From NCBI GenBank assembly GCA_965228695.1, contig CBDDIB010000002.1, forward strand, positions 120,701-184,700: a stretch of DNA of 64,000 nucleotides. The letters are read 5' to 3'. Source of the DNA: Alphaproteobacteria bacterium (GTDB lineage: Bacteria; Pseudomonadota; Alphaproteobacteria; UBA8366). The first letter of the stretch is position 1. Each line of letters opens with the position of its first letter. The notes under the pieces are model-generated. The model saw nothing but the letters and a program-made list of their open reading frames with translations. It did no database searches and was not told the origin of the DNA. The translations under genes were made by a program, and so were the position numbers. Below, one piece after another: positions 31,201-41,618 of this stretch.

Positions 31201-31812
31201 CTACCGGGCCGCGCCCCAATACTCGTAGGACAAGGTCTTGGGTCCGGGAATGTAGCCCTGATCGATGCGATCCAGCGTCCAGCCGGCCCGGTCGATATAG
31301 TCCAGGATCGGCCGCCCCGCGTGGCACCCGCCCGCGATGCGTTTCCACACCGGGTCGATGCGTTTTTGCCACTTCCGCACATTTGCGTCGGGCGATTCGC
31401 CATGTTCCGCGAACAGCAGCCGCCCGCCGGGCTTGAGGATGCGGCGCATCTCAGTCAGCGCCTTGACCGGATCGGGAATCGTGCACAGGGAGTAGGTGAC
31501 CACCACGGTATCCGCCGATTTGCTGTCGAGCGGAATCTCCTCGCCCGACGCGCCGATGCGGTCGACGCGGAACGGCACGGCATCGCGCCGGTCGGCCGCG
31601 CGTTTCCAGATATGACCGTCCGGATCGACGCCGATGACCTTGGAGACCCGCGCGGGGCAGTAGATCGGCAGGTTCAAGCCGGACCCGATTCCGACCTCCA
31701 CCACGACGCCCTCGGCGGCGGGGACGACTTTGCGCCGCTGTTTTTCCGTATCGGCAATACCGCAGACGGTATCGATGAACCGCGGCAACATGAAACGACT
31801 GTAGAAACCCAT
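31201..31812 (-). CDS. class I SAM-dependent methyltransferase
   Basis: 203 aa with SAM-binding motif I VVEVGIGSGLN and a post-I acidic residue (GVDPD). Methyltransf_11-like. Confidence 0.8.
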   Translation of the reverse strand: MGFYSRFMLPRFIDTVCGIADTEKQRRKVVPAAEGVVVEVGIGSGLNLPIYCPARVSKVIGVDPDGHIWKRAADRRDAVPFRVDRIGASGEEIPLDSKSADTVVVTYSLCTIPDPVKALTEMRRILKPGGRLLFAEHGESPDANVRKWQKRIDPVWKRIAGGCHAGRPILDYIDRAGWTLDRIDQGYIPGPKTLSYEYWGAAR

Positions 31813-31953
31813 TCTTGAAAACCCATTGGTATCGCAGACCCGTCAGCCCGCGGCATGGGTTTAGCCGGCGTGTGTTTCCGCCCGGCCTCGCAAAGAGGGA
31901 AGAATTGTTTCTATTGTTTCCGCATCAGGGCGAAACGGTGGCCTCGGGGCACG

Positions 31954-32781
31954 CTACGCCGGTACGGCCAGTTCGTCCGGCAGATGGAACCCAGTGCGTT
32001 TGTGGAAGCGCGGCTCCACATGCGGGAAATGGTTGCGCCGGTGCATGACCGACGTGTTGTCCCACATCAGGATATCGCCCGGCGACCAACTGTGGCAGTA
32101 GACGTTTTCCGGCCGCGTCGCGTGGGCGGTCAACTCGGCGAGCAGCGCATCGGACTCCGCTTCCGGCAGGTCGCCGATCGCGACCATGTGATTCGGGCTG
32201 AGATACAGCGCCTTGCGGTCGAGGTACGGATGCGTCCGCACCATCGGGTGGGTGACGTCGGGAATTTCCTCCAATTGGTCCGCCGACAGGCTATGCCGCC
32301 GCACATGCCCCTTCTTCACCGGCGAATAGACCGCGTTCAACCGGTCGACCCGCGCCCGCAGATCGTTCGGCAGGGTCTCATAGGCGGTGACAAGGTCGGC
32401 GAAACAAGTCTCGCCGCCTTCCTTCGGGATGGTGATGCCATACAGGATCGTGCCGAAAACCGGTTTCGGCGTGTAGCTTTGGTCCGTGTGCCACTCGAGC
32501 ACGCCCTTCACCGGCGCCTCGGTACCGCGGTTCATCGCATACATGACTTCCGGGTGGTCGGGCGATACGAGCTGTGACTGCACATGCACGAAGAGCCGCC
32601 CGAACCGCCGCGTGAAGGCGAGCAGCGCTTCGTCGTCCAGATCCTGCTTCGGGAACACCGCCACCTTGTACTGCATCCACAGGTCGCGCAGCGCCGAGAA
32701 GGCGTCTTCGCTCAACGGCCGCGAAAGATCGACCTCGTCGATCCGCACCGCGAAATCCGACCGTAGTACCGTTTTCTGCAT
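31954..32781 (-). CDS. TauD/TfdA family Fe(II)/2-oxoglutarate dioxygenase
   Basis: HxD iron motif WHTDQSY, a distal His (VMHRR) and typical length (275 aa from the ATG at 32781). Confidence 0.8.
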   Translation of the reverse strand: MQKTVLRSDFAVRIDEVDLSRPLSEDAFSALRDLWMQYKVAVFPKQDLDDEALLAFTRRFGRLFVHVQSQLVSPDHPEVMYAMNRGTEAPVKGVLEWHTDQSYTPKPVFGTILYGITIPKEGGETCFADLVTAYETLPNDLRARVDRLNAVYSPVKKGHVRRHSLSADQLEEIPDVTHPMVRTHPYLDRKALYLSPNHMVAIGDLPEAESDALLAELTAHATRPENVYCHSWSPGDILMWDNTSVMHRRNHFPHVEPRFHKRTGFHLPDELAVPA

Positions 32782-32940
32782 GGCTTTCCTCCTCCGCCTC
32801 AATATCGCACAGGTCCGCGATTCGCATCGAAATCCCGATCTGCCGGCGAATGCTCCATGCTACGCTTCGCCCGCGAATTCGCCAAACCGGCGCGATGCCG
32901 CGCACGCATCGCCCCAGCCGAACCGAAAGGAGCATGACCC

Positions 32941-33378
32941 ATGGCGTCCACCCCAATGCGCACAGGCGGCTGTCTCTGCGGCAGCGTAAAGTTCGAAGTC
33001 CCCGTGCCGGCAGCCAGGTTCAACCTCTGCCATTGCGCCATGTGCCGGAAATGGTGCAGCGGTCCCTTCATGGGCGTGCATTGCGACGGCCCGGCGGTCT
33101 TTTCCGACGACGCGTCGATGACGTGGTTTCGAAGTTCCGAGTGGGCCGAGCGCGGATTTTGCGGTCGCTGCGGCACCAACCTGTTCTGGCGTCTGGCGGA
33201 CCCGTCGACGCCGATTTACGTCGTGTCCATCGAATCCCTGGACGAACACGACGACATCGAGTTGGAGCGGCATATCTACATCGATCACAAGCCCGAACGT
33301 TACGAGTTCAAGGACGACAAGCCCCGCATCACCGAGGCGGACCTGTTGAAAGAACTTGGAATGACGCCGCCCGACTAG
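32941..33378 (+). CDS. GFA family protein (glutathione-dependent formaldehyde-activating / CENP-V domain)
   Basis: 145 aa with Zn-binding Cys pattern GGCLCGSV...CHCAMCRKW...FCGRCGTNLF. GAAAGGAG RBS upstream. Confidence 0.8.
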   Translation: MASTPMRTGGCLCGSVKFEVPVPAARFNLCHCAMCRKWCSGPFMGVHCDGPAVFSDDASMTWFRSSEWAERGFCGRCGTNLFWRLADPSTPIYVVSIESLDEHDDIELERHIYIDHKPERYEFKDDKPRITEADLLKELGMTPPD

Positions 33379-33394
33379 CCGCCCCGATTGTTTG

Positions 33395-34276
33395 CTAGGC
33401 GACCTGCTCGGCGGTCGGCGCCGGTCCCGCCAACGTGGTGCGGCGCATGTCGCGTGCTTCGTCCGGCGGGAACGGGCGGGCGCGGTGCATGGTGCGCTGG
33501 TTGTCCCACATCACGAGATCGCCGAGCGCCCATTTGTGCGAATAGACGAACTCCCGCTGGGTCGCGAATTCCGTGAGGTCGCGCAGGAAGAAGCGCGCCT
33601 CCGGCACCGGCCAGCCCACGATTTCACCGGCATGCGATGACAGATACAGCGACTTGCGCCCGGTCGACGGATGCGTGCGAATCAGCGACTGGCGCACCGG
33701 CTTAAACCGCTCGCGCTCCTCGTCGGTGAAATCCGTAAAGCCGAGCTGCTGGCGCGAGAAGATCTGCGAATGCTCGCAGATCAGACCCTCGCATTGTTCC
33801 TTGCGATCCTCGTCCAGCGCCTCATAGGCGGACCGCATGTCGGCGAATTCCGTATTGCCGCCTTTCGAGACGACGCTCAGCGCATACAGGATCGAGTATT
33901 TGGCCGGCACCGCTTTGAACGAACTATCGGAATGCCAGAGCCGGTTGCCGATGGCGAACAAACGGCGGCGGTCGTTCACCGCGAACGGCTTGTCGTTCTT
34001 GTCCAGATTCGAGACGTCGGCGAAGTTTGGCGGCAATCGGCGATCGGTCTCGGCGCGCAGGCTCGTGCCGAGCGATTGTTCGATGGGTCCGAGGCTCCTG
34101 GTGAACGCGAGCTGTTGTTTCGCTTTCAGTTGCTGACCATGGAAAACCAACACGCCGAATTCATCCATGCCGGCGTGGATCGCCTCGGCATCCGCGGGCG
34201 AAAGAGGATGGGCCAAGTCGATGCCGTCCACTTCCCCGGCGAAACACGGACCGATCTGTCGAATGGTGATGGGCAT
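33395..34276 (-). CDS. TfdA-like Fe(II)/2-oxoglutarate dioxygenase (TauD/TfdA family)
   Basis: Only the C-terminal 293 aa of track ORF 33395..34930 look genuine (MPITIRQIGPCFAGEVDGIDL...WHSDSSF...MHRARPF). The upstream extension is low-complexity and has no support. Confidence 0.8.
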   Translation of the reverse strand: MPITIRQIGPCFAGEVDGIDLAHPLSPADAEAIHAGMDEFGVLVFHGQQLKAKQQLAFTRSLGPIEQSLGTSLRAETDRRLPPNFADVSNLDKNDKPFAVNDRRRLFAIGNRLWHSDSSFKAVPAKYSILYALSVVSKGGNTEFADMRSAYEALDEDRKEQCEGLICEHSQIFSRQQLGFTDFTDEERERFKPVRQSLIRTHPSTGRKSLYLSSHAGEIVGWPVPEARFFLRDLTEFATQREFVYSHKWALGDLVMWDNQRTMHRARPFPPDEARDMRRTTLAGPAPTAEQVA

Positions 34277-34447
34277 GCTGCGGTGCCTCCAATAGTGATG
34301 CTTGTATTTTAGGACAACGGCGCGGAAACGCTCAAATTCACCCCGCAGGGGAGGCTTGCCGATTGCCGATTGCCACCGGCACAGTAGACTGGACCCCTTC
34401 AACCGCCGCGCGCTCGCCCCGCCCGGCTCGCACGAAGGAGAACCCGT

Positions 34448-36466
34448 ATGACGAACCTGATCGAGCTTCGCATCCACGACCGCACTCCCTTCGCAGACGG
34501 CCATGAATTCGGCGAGACCGGTGCCTATGAACGTCTTCGCGGCACCGCGCATTTCGCCGTCGATCCCGCGGCGCCCGCGCAAGCGGATGTCTTCGACATC
34601 GACAAGGCGGCCGACAACGGCAAGGGGCTGGTCGAATTCACGGCGGATTTCTTCATCCTTCAGCCGGCCGACCCGTCGCGCGGCAACAACCGGCTGTTCT
34701 ACGACTTCGGCAACCGGGGTAACATGCGGTCGCTGCAGTTCTTCAACGACGCACCGGGCAGCAACGACCCGCGAACGCTGGCGCATGCCGGCAACGGCTT
34801 TCTGTTCCGGAAGGGTTACACGGTGGTGTGGAGCGCATGGCAGGGCGACCTTGTGCCGGGCAACGACCGCGTCCTGATGCGGCTGCCGGTCGCGCGCGAC
34901 AACGGCAAACCGCTGACCGGCACAATTCAACAGGAATATTCCGTCTCCGCGCGGGGCACGTCGTATCTACCGCTCTCCGGCCGCGTATCGACGCGAAACC
35001 ATCCGACGATCTCGCTCGATACCCGCGAGGCGCGCCTGACCAAGCGGCGCTATCCCTACAGCGACCGCATCGAGATCGCGCCCGGAGACTGGGCCTTCGC
35101 CCGCGTCGAGGGTGGCGAAGGGCAGGACGATCAGGGCGCCGAGATCGGCATCCATCCCTCCGATCAACATTTCCATGTGAAGGGCGGATTCGAACCGGGT
35201 TGGATCTACGAGCTGACCTATACGGGACGCGATCCCCTGGTGCTGGGCCTGGGGCATGTGGCGGTGCGCGATCTGGTCAGCTACCTGCGCCACGGCGAAA
35301 AGGACGCCGCGGGCAACGCCAACCCGACCCGTTCGATCGAGAAGGCCTATTGCTGGGGCCGTTCGCAGACCGGACGCTGCATCCGCGATTTTATCTATCG
35401 CGGCTTCAATGCGGACAAGGACGGCCAGAAGGTTTTCGACGGCGCGTTGCCGCATGTCGCGGGGGCCGGGATGATGCGGATGCATCAACGCTTCGCCAAC
35501 CTGATTACCGGATCCGGCGGCGTCTATGTGGACAACTTCATCTACGGCGACCAATTCCCATTTTCATATGCCGAGACGACCGATCATTTCACCGGCAAGA
35601 CCGACGCCATCCTGACGCGGCCCGACACGGACCCGCTGGTCTTTCACACGCAAACATCGACCGAGTATTGGCAGCGCCGGGGATCGCTCGTCCACACCGA
35701 TACCCAGGGCGACGACCTGCCGCAGCCGGAAACCGTTCGGGTGTATCTTTGGGCCAGCTCGCAGCATTTCGCGAGCCCGCTGGTCGATACGCCGAAGAAA
35801 CCGGCGACCGGCACGAACTTGGTCAATACCGTCCACACCTCGCCCTTCTTCCGGGCGATGCTGGTCGCCATGGACCGCTGGGCGACCGACGGCACGCCGC
35901 CGCCCGACTCCCGCATACCATCCCGCGAAGACGGAACGCTGGTGCCGTTCGAGCATTACGCCGAGACTTTCCCGCGCATTCCCGGACAGGGACTGCCGCA
36001 TGGGCCGTTGAGTCTTCCGTTGCTGGATTTCGGACCCGATGCGGACACCGGATTGATCACGAAATTTCCGGCGGAGATAAAGGATGGGGAGGGATATCCG
36101 ATCCTCGTGCCGGCCACCGATGAGGACGGCAACGAGATCGCGGGTGTGCGCGCACCCATGGTGCAGGCGCCGCTTGGGACCTACACCGCCTGGAACCTGC
36201 GAACGCACGGTCAGGGACGCGGCTATCCGCTCAAACTCGACGGGTCCTACATCCCCTTCCCCGAAACCGCGGAAGAACGGCAGGCGACCGCCGATCCGCG
36301 GCGATGCGTGCTGGACCGATACGAATCGCCGGAGGACTATGTCGACGCGATTCGAAACGCAGCGGAAGCCCTCGCCGCCGAGCGCTTGATCCTGGCGGAA
36401 GATGTCGAACGCTACGTCGCCATGGCCGCCGACTGGGGACGGCCGCGCCACGTGGTTGGACTTTGA
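34448..36466 (+). CDS. large conserved protein of unknown function (possibly alpha/beta-hydrolase-domain family)
   Basis: 672-aa ORF with strong G+C third-position bias, an AAGGAG RBS and no signal peptide. The family assignment (Abhydrolase_10-like) comes from memory of similar N-termini and is tentative. Confidence 0.55.
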   Translation: MTNLIELRIHDRTPFADGHEFGETGAYERLRGTAHFAVDPAAPAQADVFDIDKAADNGKGLVEFTADFFILQPADPSRGNNRLFYDFGNRGNMRSLQFFNDAPGSNDPRTLAHAGNGFLFRKGYTVVWSAWQGDLVPGNDRVLMRLPVARDNGKPLTGTIQQEYSVSARGTSYLPLSGRVSTRNHPTISLDTREARLTKRRYPYSDRIEIAPGDWAFARVEGGEGQDDQGAEIGIHPSDQHFHVKGGFEPGWIYELTYTGRDPLVLGLGHVAVRDLVSYLRHGEKDAAGNANPTRSIEKAYCWGRSQTGRCIRDFIYRGFNADKDGQKVFDGALPHVAGAGMMRMHQRFANLITGSGGVYVDNFIYGDQFPFSYAETTDHFTGKTDAILTRPDTDPLVFHTQTSTEYWQRRGSLVHTDTQGDDLPQPETVRVYLWASSQHFASPLVDTPKKPATGTNLVNTVHTSPFFRAMLVAMDRWATDGTPPPDSRIPSREDGTLVPFEHYAETFPRIPGQGLPHGPLSLPLLDFGPDADTGLITKFPAEIKDGEGYPILVPATDEDGNEIAGVRAPMVQAPLGTYTAWNLRTHGQGRGYPLKLDGSYIPFPETAEERQATADPRRCVLDRYESPEDYVDAIRNAAEALAAERLILAEDVERYVAMAADWGRPRHVVGL

Positions 36467-36556
36467 TCGTCCTGGCACAACATCTCTAGCGCGTAGGGAA
36501 AGGACGCGGCAGAATGGCATGGCCGCGATGAACCCGTTCCGCCGTCAAGCAGAGGG

Positions 36557-37399
36557 GTGGTTGGTGTGCGATTGATAATTACAGCGTTGCTCGGATTTCT
36601 GTGCTGGTCCGTTGCGATACCGGCGCCGGCCATGGCGAGCCGGTGCATCGCGTTCGTCGACCGGGGACCGGACGCCCCGGCTGCGATTCCGCCGATCGTG
36701 CCTGCGGGATTCTCGCTGGCGGGGACTTCTGTCGCACAAGGCGCGGGCGAAGTGAAGATCACCTACATCGACCACTCCACCTTCCGCTTGCGCACGCCGT
36801 CCGCGGTGGTGATCGCCACGGACTACGCCGGCTACGCCGGGGACGGACCGGTGCCGACGGTGGTCACCATGAACCATGCGCATGAAACGCATTACACCGA
36901 TTTTCCCGACCCCGCCATCGAACACGTGTTGCGGGGCTGGAACCCCAAGGGCGGCCCGGCCGACCACCGGCTGACCGTCCGCGACACCTTGATCCGCAAC
37001 GTCTCCACCGACCTTCGGACCTGGAACCATGAGTTAATCGAAAAGGACGGAAACTCGATCTTCATCTTCGAGGTCGCCGACCTGTGCATCGGCCATCTCG
37101 GCCATCTGCATCACAAGCCGACGCCGCAACAGCTCGCGCGGATCGGCCGGCTCGACGTCGTCTTCGCGCCAGTCGACGGCACCTATACGCTCGACCTGCC
37201 GGCGATGATCGAGGTGCTGAAGGCGCTGCGCGCGAGCCTCGTGATCCCGATGCACTACTTCGCCGGCGATTCGCTGGAGGTATTCCTCGGCGGGATGAGC
37301 AAGGAATTCGCGATCCGGCGACAAAAGGAAAAGACAACGGTCGTGTCGCTCAAATCCCTGCCGGACCGCCCCACCGTCCTGGTACTCCCGGGTCTGTAA
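36557..37399 (+). CDS. MBL-fold metallo-hydrolase, predicted exported
   Basis: About 277 aa with an N-terminal signal-like segment LIITALLGFLCWSVAIPAPAMA. It is beta-lactamase-fold-like (VVTMNHAHETHYTD, CIGHLGHLHH). The start is uncertain: GTG at 36557 or 36566, with AGAGGGG just upstream. Confidence 0.65.
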   Translation: MVGVRLIITALLGFLCWSVAIPAPAMASRCIAFVDRGPDAPAAIPPIVPAGFSLAGTSVAQGAGEVKITYIDHSTFRLRTPSAVVIATDYAGYAGDGPVPTVVTMNHAHETHYTDFPDPAIEHVLRGWNPKGGPADHRLTVRDTLIRNVSTDLRTWNHELIEKDGNSIFIFEVADLCIGHLGHLHHKPTPQQLARIGRLDVVFAPVDGTYTLDLPAMIEVLKALRASLVIPMHYFAGDSLEVFLGGMSKEFAIRRQKEKTTVVSLKSLPDRPTVLVLPGL

Positions 37400-37563
37400 A
37401 CCGCCGTTAATTTAACCTCCTCTCCTGCCGCACTTGACCCGGTTCGCACTCCACCGGAAGGCGAATTTGTCCGTAACATCATTGACACTACGGCAATTCA
37501 CCTAGTCTACTTGCGCGTAGGCAAGACAATAACGAACCAGATCAAAATTGTCGGGAGGAAATT

Positions 37564-38598
37564 ATGCATCGCTTCATCGTCGGCGCAGTTGCCGCCGTCG
37601 CCATCTCCTTTGCGGGAATGGCGCATGCACAGACCGTTATCAAGATCCAGACGGCGAACGCCGCCGGTAGTTTCTCGCTCAACTATCTGAATGAAAATTG
37701 GGTGCCGAAGCTTGAGGCCATGACCTATGGCAAGATCAAGATCGACATCCGCCCCAGCAAATCCGTCGTGCCCCATCGGGAAACGCCGCAAGCGGTCGCC
37801 GCCGGCATCCTGCAGGGCGACCTGAACGCGGTTGCGTATTTCGCGGGCCGTGACCCGGTCTTCGGAATCATGGGCGACCTGATCGCCGGCTACGATACGC
37901 CGTACCAGAAGCAGATGTTCTTCCGTTTCGGCGGCGGGACCGAAATCCTGCAGAAGGCCTGGGACAAGCATTTCCCCGGTAAGATCCACGTCGTCGGCGC
38001 CGGCCCCTTCGCGAAGGAAGCTTTCGTATCGACCGTGCCGATCCGCAAGGTCGAGGACTTGAAGGGACTCAAGCTGCGGTCGCCGGAAGGCATGGCCGCC
38101 GAAGTGTTCCGCCGCACGGGTTCCGCCCCAACGTCGATTCCGTTCCCGGAACTGTACACGGCGCTCGAGAAGAAGGTCGTGGATGCCGCCGATGCGAGCT
38201 CTTACACCAACAACGCGTCGCTGGGCTTCAACAAGATCGCGAAGTATCCGCTCTATCCCGGCATCCACTCGATGGCGGTGCTTCAGTTCGTCATCAACAA
38301 GGACGTCTGGAACAAGATCGGCCCGCAAGGCCAGGCCGCGCTTGAGACCTGGTACTTCGCCGCGTGGACGGATGTGACCCGGGCCACCGACCTGCAAGAC
38401 CGCAAGCTGGTCGCCGCGGACAAGGCCGGCAAAGGAACCCCCGGCGTCGAGATCATCGATTGGCCGCAGGAAGAGCGCGACAAGCTGCGTAAGATTGCAG
38501 CCGGTGCTTGGAAAGACGTTTCCAAGCAGAGCGATCTCGCCAAGGAAGCCTACGAAGCCCACATCAAGTTTATGAAAACGCTCGGCTTGCTGAAGTAG
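37564..38598 (+). CDS. TRAP transporter substrate-binding protein (DctP family)
   Basis: 344 aa with signal peptide ...AISFAGMAHA. It is followed by the small and large TRAP permease genes. Confidence 0.8.
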   Translation: MHRFIVGAVAAVAISFAGMAHAQTVIKIQTANAAGSFSLNYLNENWVPKLEAMTYGKIKIDIRPSKSVVPHRETPQAVAAGILQGDLNAVAYFAGRDPVFGIMGDLIAGYDTPYQKQMFFRFGGGTEILQKAWDKHFPGKIHVVGAGPFAKEAFVSTVPIRKVEDLKGLKLRSPEGMAAEVFRRTGSAPTSIPFPELYTALEKKVVDAADASSYTNNASLGFNKIAKYPLYPGIHSMAVLQFVINKDVWNKIGPQGQAALETWYFAAWTDVTRATDLQDRKLVAADKAGKGTPGVEIIDWPQEERDKLRKIAAGAWKDVSKQSDLAKEAYEAHIKFMKTLGLLK

Positions 38599-38677
38599 GC
38601 AACCATCCGTACCCCCAATAGCGAACATGCCGTGACGAGTCTTTCTCGTCACGGCTAGTTTCGCGTGGAGCCTGTCC

Positions 38678-39196
38678 ATGAATGCTCTGATTCGCGCGGT
38701 CGATCGCCTGAACCAGTATGTCGGCTTGTCGGTTTCCCACCTCTACATGATCTGCGCCGCCGTCACCGTCTACGAGGTCGCGATGCGGTACTTCTTCAAC
38801 GCACCGACGCAGTGGGCGTTCGAGGTGGTGATGGTCGTCTGCGCGTCGGCCTGGGCGCTGTCCGGGTCCTACGTCACGATGCGGCGGTCGCATATCGCGA
38901 TCACCGTTCTGTACGAACACGTGCACGGCCGCGCGAAGTGGTGGCTCGACCTGTTCATCCTACTGATCAGCCATGCGGCGATGTTCACCTTCGCTTACGC
39001 GCTATGGGACCCGATGGTGCATGCGATCAAGGGCTTGGAGCGCAGCGGCACCTCCTTCAATTCACCGGAACCATTGATCCTGAAGACGTTGCTGTTCGTC
39101 GGCGCGGTGCTCTACAGCCTGCAGCTCGTGGTCAACCTGATCAAGCATTTGACCGGGCACGACGTGCCGAGATCCACCGAGCTTCCGGGGGATTGA
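38678..39196 (+). CDS. TRAP transporter small permease (DctQ family)
   Basis: 172 aa with four hydrophobic segments, located between the DctP-like and DctM-like genes. Confidence 0.8.
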   Translation: MNALIRAVDRLNQYVGLSVSHLYMICAAVTVYEVAMRYFFNAPTQWAFEVVMVVCASAWALSGSYVTMRRSHIAITVLYEHVHGRAKWWLDLFILLISHAAMFTFAYALWDPMVHAIKGLERSGTSFNSPEPLILKTLLFVGAVLYSLQLVVNLIKHLTGHDVPRSTELPGD

Positions 39197-39200
39197 GGCG

Positions 39201-40610
39201 ATGAAAGACAACAAACCCCTGCAGGTCGCGATCAGCGTAATCGTCGTCGCGATCACGATCAGCCTCGCCTACGGCTTCTTCAACATGAAGTCGATGGATA
39301 TCCAGTCCTCGACCCTGATCATCGTCGGCTCGATGATCTTCCTGATGGCGCTCGGCATTCCGCTGGGGGTCGTCACCATGACGGTCTCCATCGGCACTGC
39401 CTTGGCCTATTTCGGTGTCCCCGGCCTGTTCCTGGTCGCCAGCAACGCGCAAGGACTGCTCGAAGCCTATCCGCTGGTCGCGGTCCCGCTGTTCGTGCTG
39501 ATGGCCAACATCCTGGAACGCTCGGGCGTCGCCGAGGACTTGTTCGACGCGATGTCGATTATCGCCGGGCGGCTGCGCGGCGGCGTCGCGGTGCAGACCA
39601 CCCTCGTCGCGGTCCTGATGGCGGCGATGACCGGCATCATGGGCGGCGAGATCGTCATGCTCGGGCTGATTGCATTGCCGCAAATGCTGCGGCTAGGCTA
39701 CGACAAAAAACTGGCGATGGGCACCATCTGCGCCGGCGGTTCGCTGGCCACGCTGATCCCGCCGTCGGTGATCATGATCATCTATGGCCTCACCGCGAAC
39801 GTCTCGATCAGCGACCTGTTCCTGGGCGGGTTCCTGCCGGGGTTGCTGCTCGCGAGCCTCTACATCACCTACATCATGATCCGCTGTCAGATTCAACCGC
39901 ACCTGGCGCCCTTGCCCGCGGAAGGGCTGATCCAGATGACCGGCGCCGAGAAGACCGCGAAAATGAAGGGCCTGATCCTGCCGATGCTGTTGATCCTCTG
40001 GGTGCTCGGCAGCATCTACGGCGGCATCGCGACCGTGACCGAAGCCGCGGCGGTCGGCGTGTTCGGCGCGGTGGCGGCGGCGGCGACCCGCAAGAAGCTG
40101 ACCTGGCACATGCTGCAGGAAGCGCTGCGCAAGACCATGATCACGGTCGCCACGATCATCTGGCTGATTCTCGGTGCCGTCAGCTTCGTCGGCATCTACA
40201 ACATTATCGGCGGCAACACCTTCGTGCAGGGCCTGCTGACCGGGTTGGACCTGCCGCCGCTGGGCGTGATCTTCGTCATCATGGGCATCCTGATCGTGCT
40301 CGGCACGTTCATGGAATGGATCGCCATCGCCTACATCACCGTGCCGATCTTCGCGCCGGTAGTGGTCAGCCTGGGCTTCGACCCGATCTGGTTCGGCGTG
40401 CTGTTCGTGATGAACATCCAGATATATTTCCTGTCGCCGCCGTTCGGACCCGCCTGTTTCTGGCTCAAGAGCGTGGCGCCACCGGACATTACGCTGCAGG
40501 AGATATTTCTGGCCGTGCTGCCCTTCATCGGGCTGCAGATCATCGGCCTGACGCTGGTAATGGTCTTCCCGGAGATCGTGCTGCTGCTGCCGCGGGTGAT
40601 CGGCGGATAG
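39201..40610 (+). CDS. TRAP transporter large permease (DctM family)
   Basis: 469 aa polytopic membrane protein that starts 5 nt after the dctQ-like stop. Confidence 0.85.
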   Translation: MKDNKPLQVAISVIVVAITISLAYGFFNMKSMDIQSSTLIIVGSMIFLMALGIPLGVVTMTVSIGTALAYFGVPGLFLVASNAQGLLEAYPLVAVPLFVLMANILERSGVAEDLFDAMSIIAGRLRGGVAVQTTLVAVLMAAMTGIMGGEIVMLGLIALPQMLRLGYDKKLAMGTICAGGSLATLIPPSVIMIIYGLTANVSISDLFLGGFLPGLLLASLYITYIMIRCQIQPHLAPLPAEGLIQMTGAEKTAKMKGLILPMLLILWVLGSIYGGIATVTEAAAVGVFGAVAAAATRKKLTWHMLQEALRKTMITVATIIWLILGAVSFVGIYNIIGGNTFVQGLLTGLDLPPLGVIFVIMGILIVLGTFMEWIAIAYITVPIFAPVVVSLGFDPIWFGVLFVMNIQIYFLSPPFGPACFWLKSVAPPDITLQEIFLAVLPFIGLQIIGLTLVMVFPEIVLLLPRVIGG

Positions 40611-40625
40611 CGGCACACATCTAGG

Positions 40626-40651
40626 AACGGGCGTCGGATCGGCGGCCCGTT
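40626..40651. terminator. hairpin between convergent genes (possible bidirectional terminator)
   Basis: AACGGGC-N12-GCCCGTT is a perfect 7-bp stem between the dctM-like stop (40610) and the LLM gene stop (40651-40653). It is flanked by A-rich and T-rich bases. Confidence 0.35.
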
Positions 40652-41466
40652 TATCCCGGCCACAGTTCCCGGACCGCCTGAAGATTCTCTTCCGACGGAT
40701 CGGTCACGACGACGACCGCGTCGTCGAACCCCATGTCGGCGAGCCGGGCCAGCCGGTCCTTCGCATCCGCCGGGCTGCACTGCAGGGAATAGGGCCCGTC
40801 GTCGGACAACGGCTGGGTCGGCTTCGTCAGGTCGGTCGGGATGTTGGTCACCACGGCGCGCGTGCCGCCCAAGCCCCGGAACCGGTCGATCCCGGCCTTC
40901 AGGGTCGGCGCGCCGGTATAGGTCGCCGACGAAATCCAGCCGTCATATTCCTGCGCCGCCCTCGGGATCCAGCGGCTGCCGGCCCAGCTGCCGATCAGGA
41001 CCGGCGGCCCGCCCTTCGCGGCCGGCGGCGGGGTCAGGTTCGTGCCATCCACCGTCTCGCCGCGCCATAACCGCCGCATCAGCGTCAGCCCGTCCCGCAG
41101 CCGCTTGAACCGGCCTTCGAATGCCAGGCCCACCGCGTCGAAGTCGCCTTGCGTCGACCCGGCGCCGACGCCGAGGGTCAGCCGCCCGCCGGTCATCAGT
41201 TGCGCGGTCAGAACACGATGCGCCAACTCGACCGGATTGCGCAGCGGCACCTGCAGGATGCAGGTGCCCACCTCGATCTTCTCCGTCACGGCCGCCGCAA
41301 CCGACGCCTGGATCAGCGGATCCGGCGTATGATAGCCGCGGCCGATCGTATCGAAGAACCACAAGCCCGCGAACCCGATCCGCTCGGCCGCCTTCATGCC
41401 AGCGACCACCTTCTCGCCGGTGATCGTGTCGTCCGTTGTGGTGGAGATACTGATGCCGAGACGCAT
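40651..41466 (-). CDS. LLM class flavin-dependent oxidoreductase (luciferase-like)
   Basis: 271 aa with the luciferase-like monooxygenase pattern (GFAGLWFFD...LTLGVGAGS...). Confidence 0.75.
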   Translation of the reverse strand: MRLGISISTTTDDTITGEKVVAGMKAAERIGFAGLWFFDTIGRGYHTPDPLIQASVAAAVTEKIEVGTCILQVPLRNPVELAHRVLTAQLMTGGRLTLGVGAGSTQGDFDAVGLAFEGRFKRLRDGLTLMRRLWRGETVDGTNLTPPPAAKGGPPVLIGSWAGSRWIPRAAQEYDGWISSATYTGAPTLKAGIDRFRGLGGTRAVVTNIPTDLTKPTQPLSDDGPYSLQCSPADAKDRLARLADMGFDDAVVVVTDPSEENLQAVRELWPG

Positions 41467-41618
41467 GCCGGTCGCTTCCTTTCGAGATTACGGTAAATTT
41501 GACTGCGTCATCAGGACTAACGCATCGGATCCCGCCGGGCAAATAGACCAGCCGGCCATGCGTGCGGTCCTGCACATCGGTTCGACGGGCAACCGGGGCT
41601 TTTGTTAGACTCGCCGAT

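Noticed and set aside
34277-34930. N-terminal 218-aa extension of the TfdA-like ORF (track 33395..34930), which would overlap the start of the 672-aa gene on the other strand.
   Set aside because: The homologous dioxygenase starts at MPITIRQIG (34276). The extension has atypical composition and lies across a divergent promoter region.
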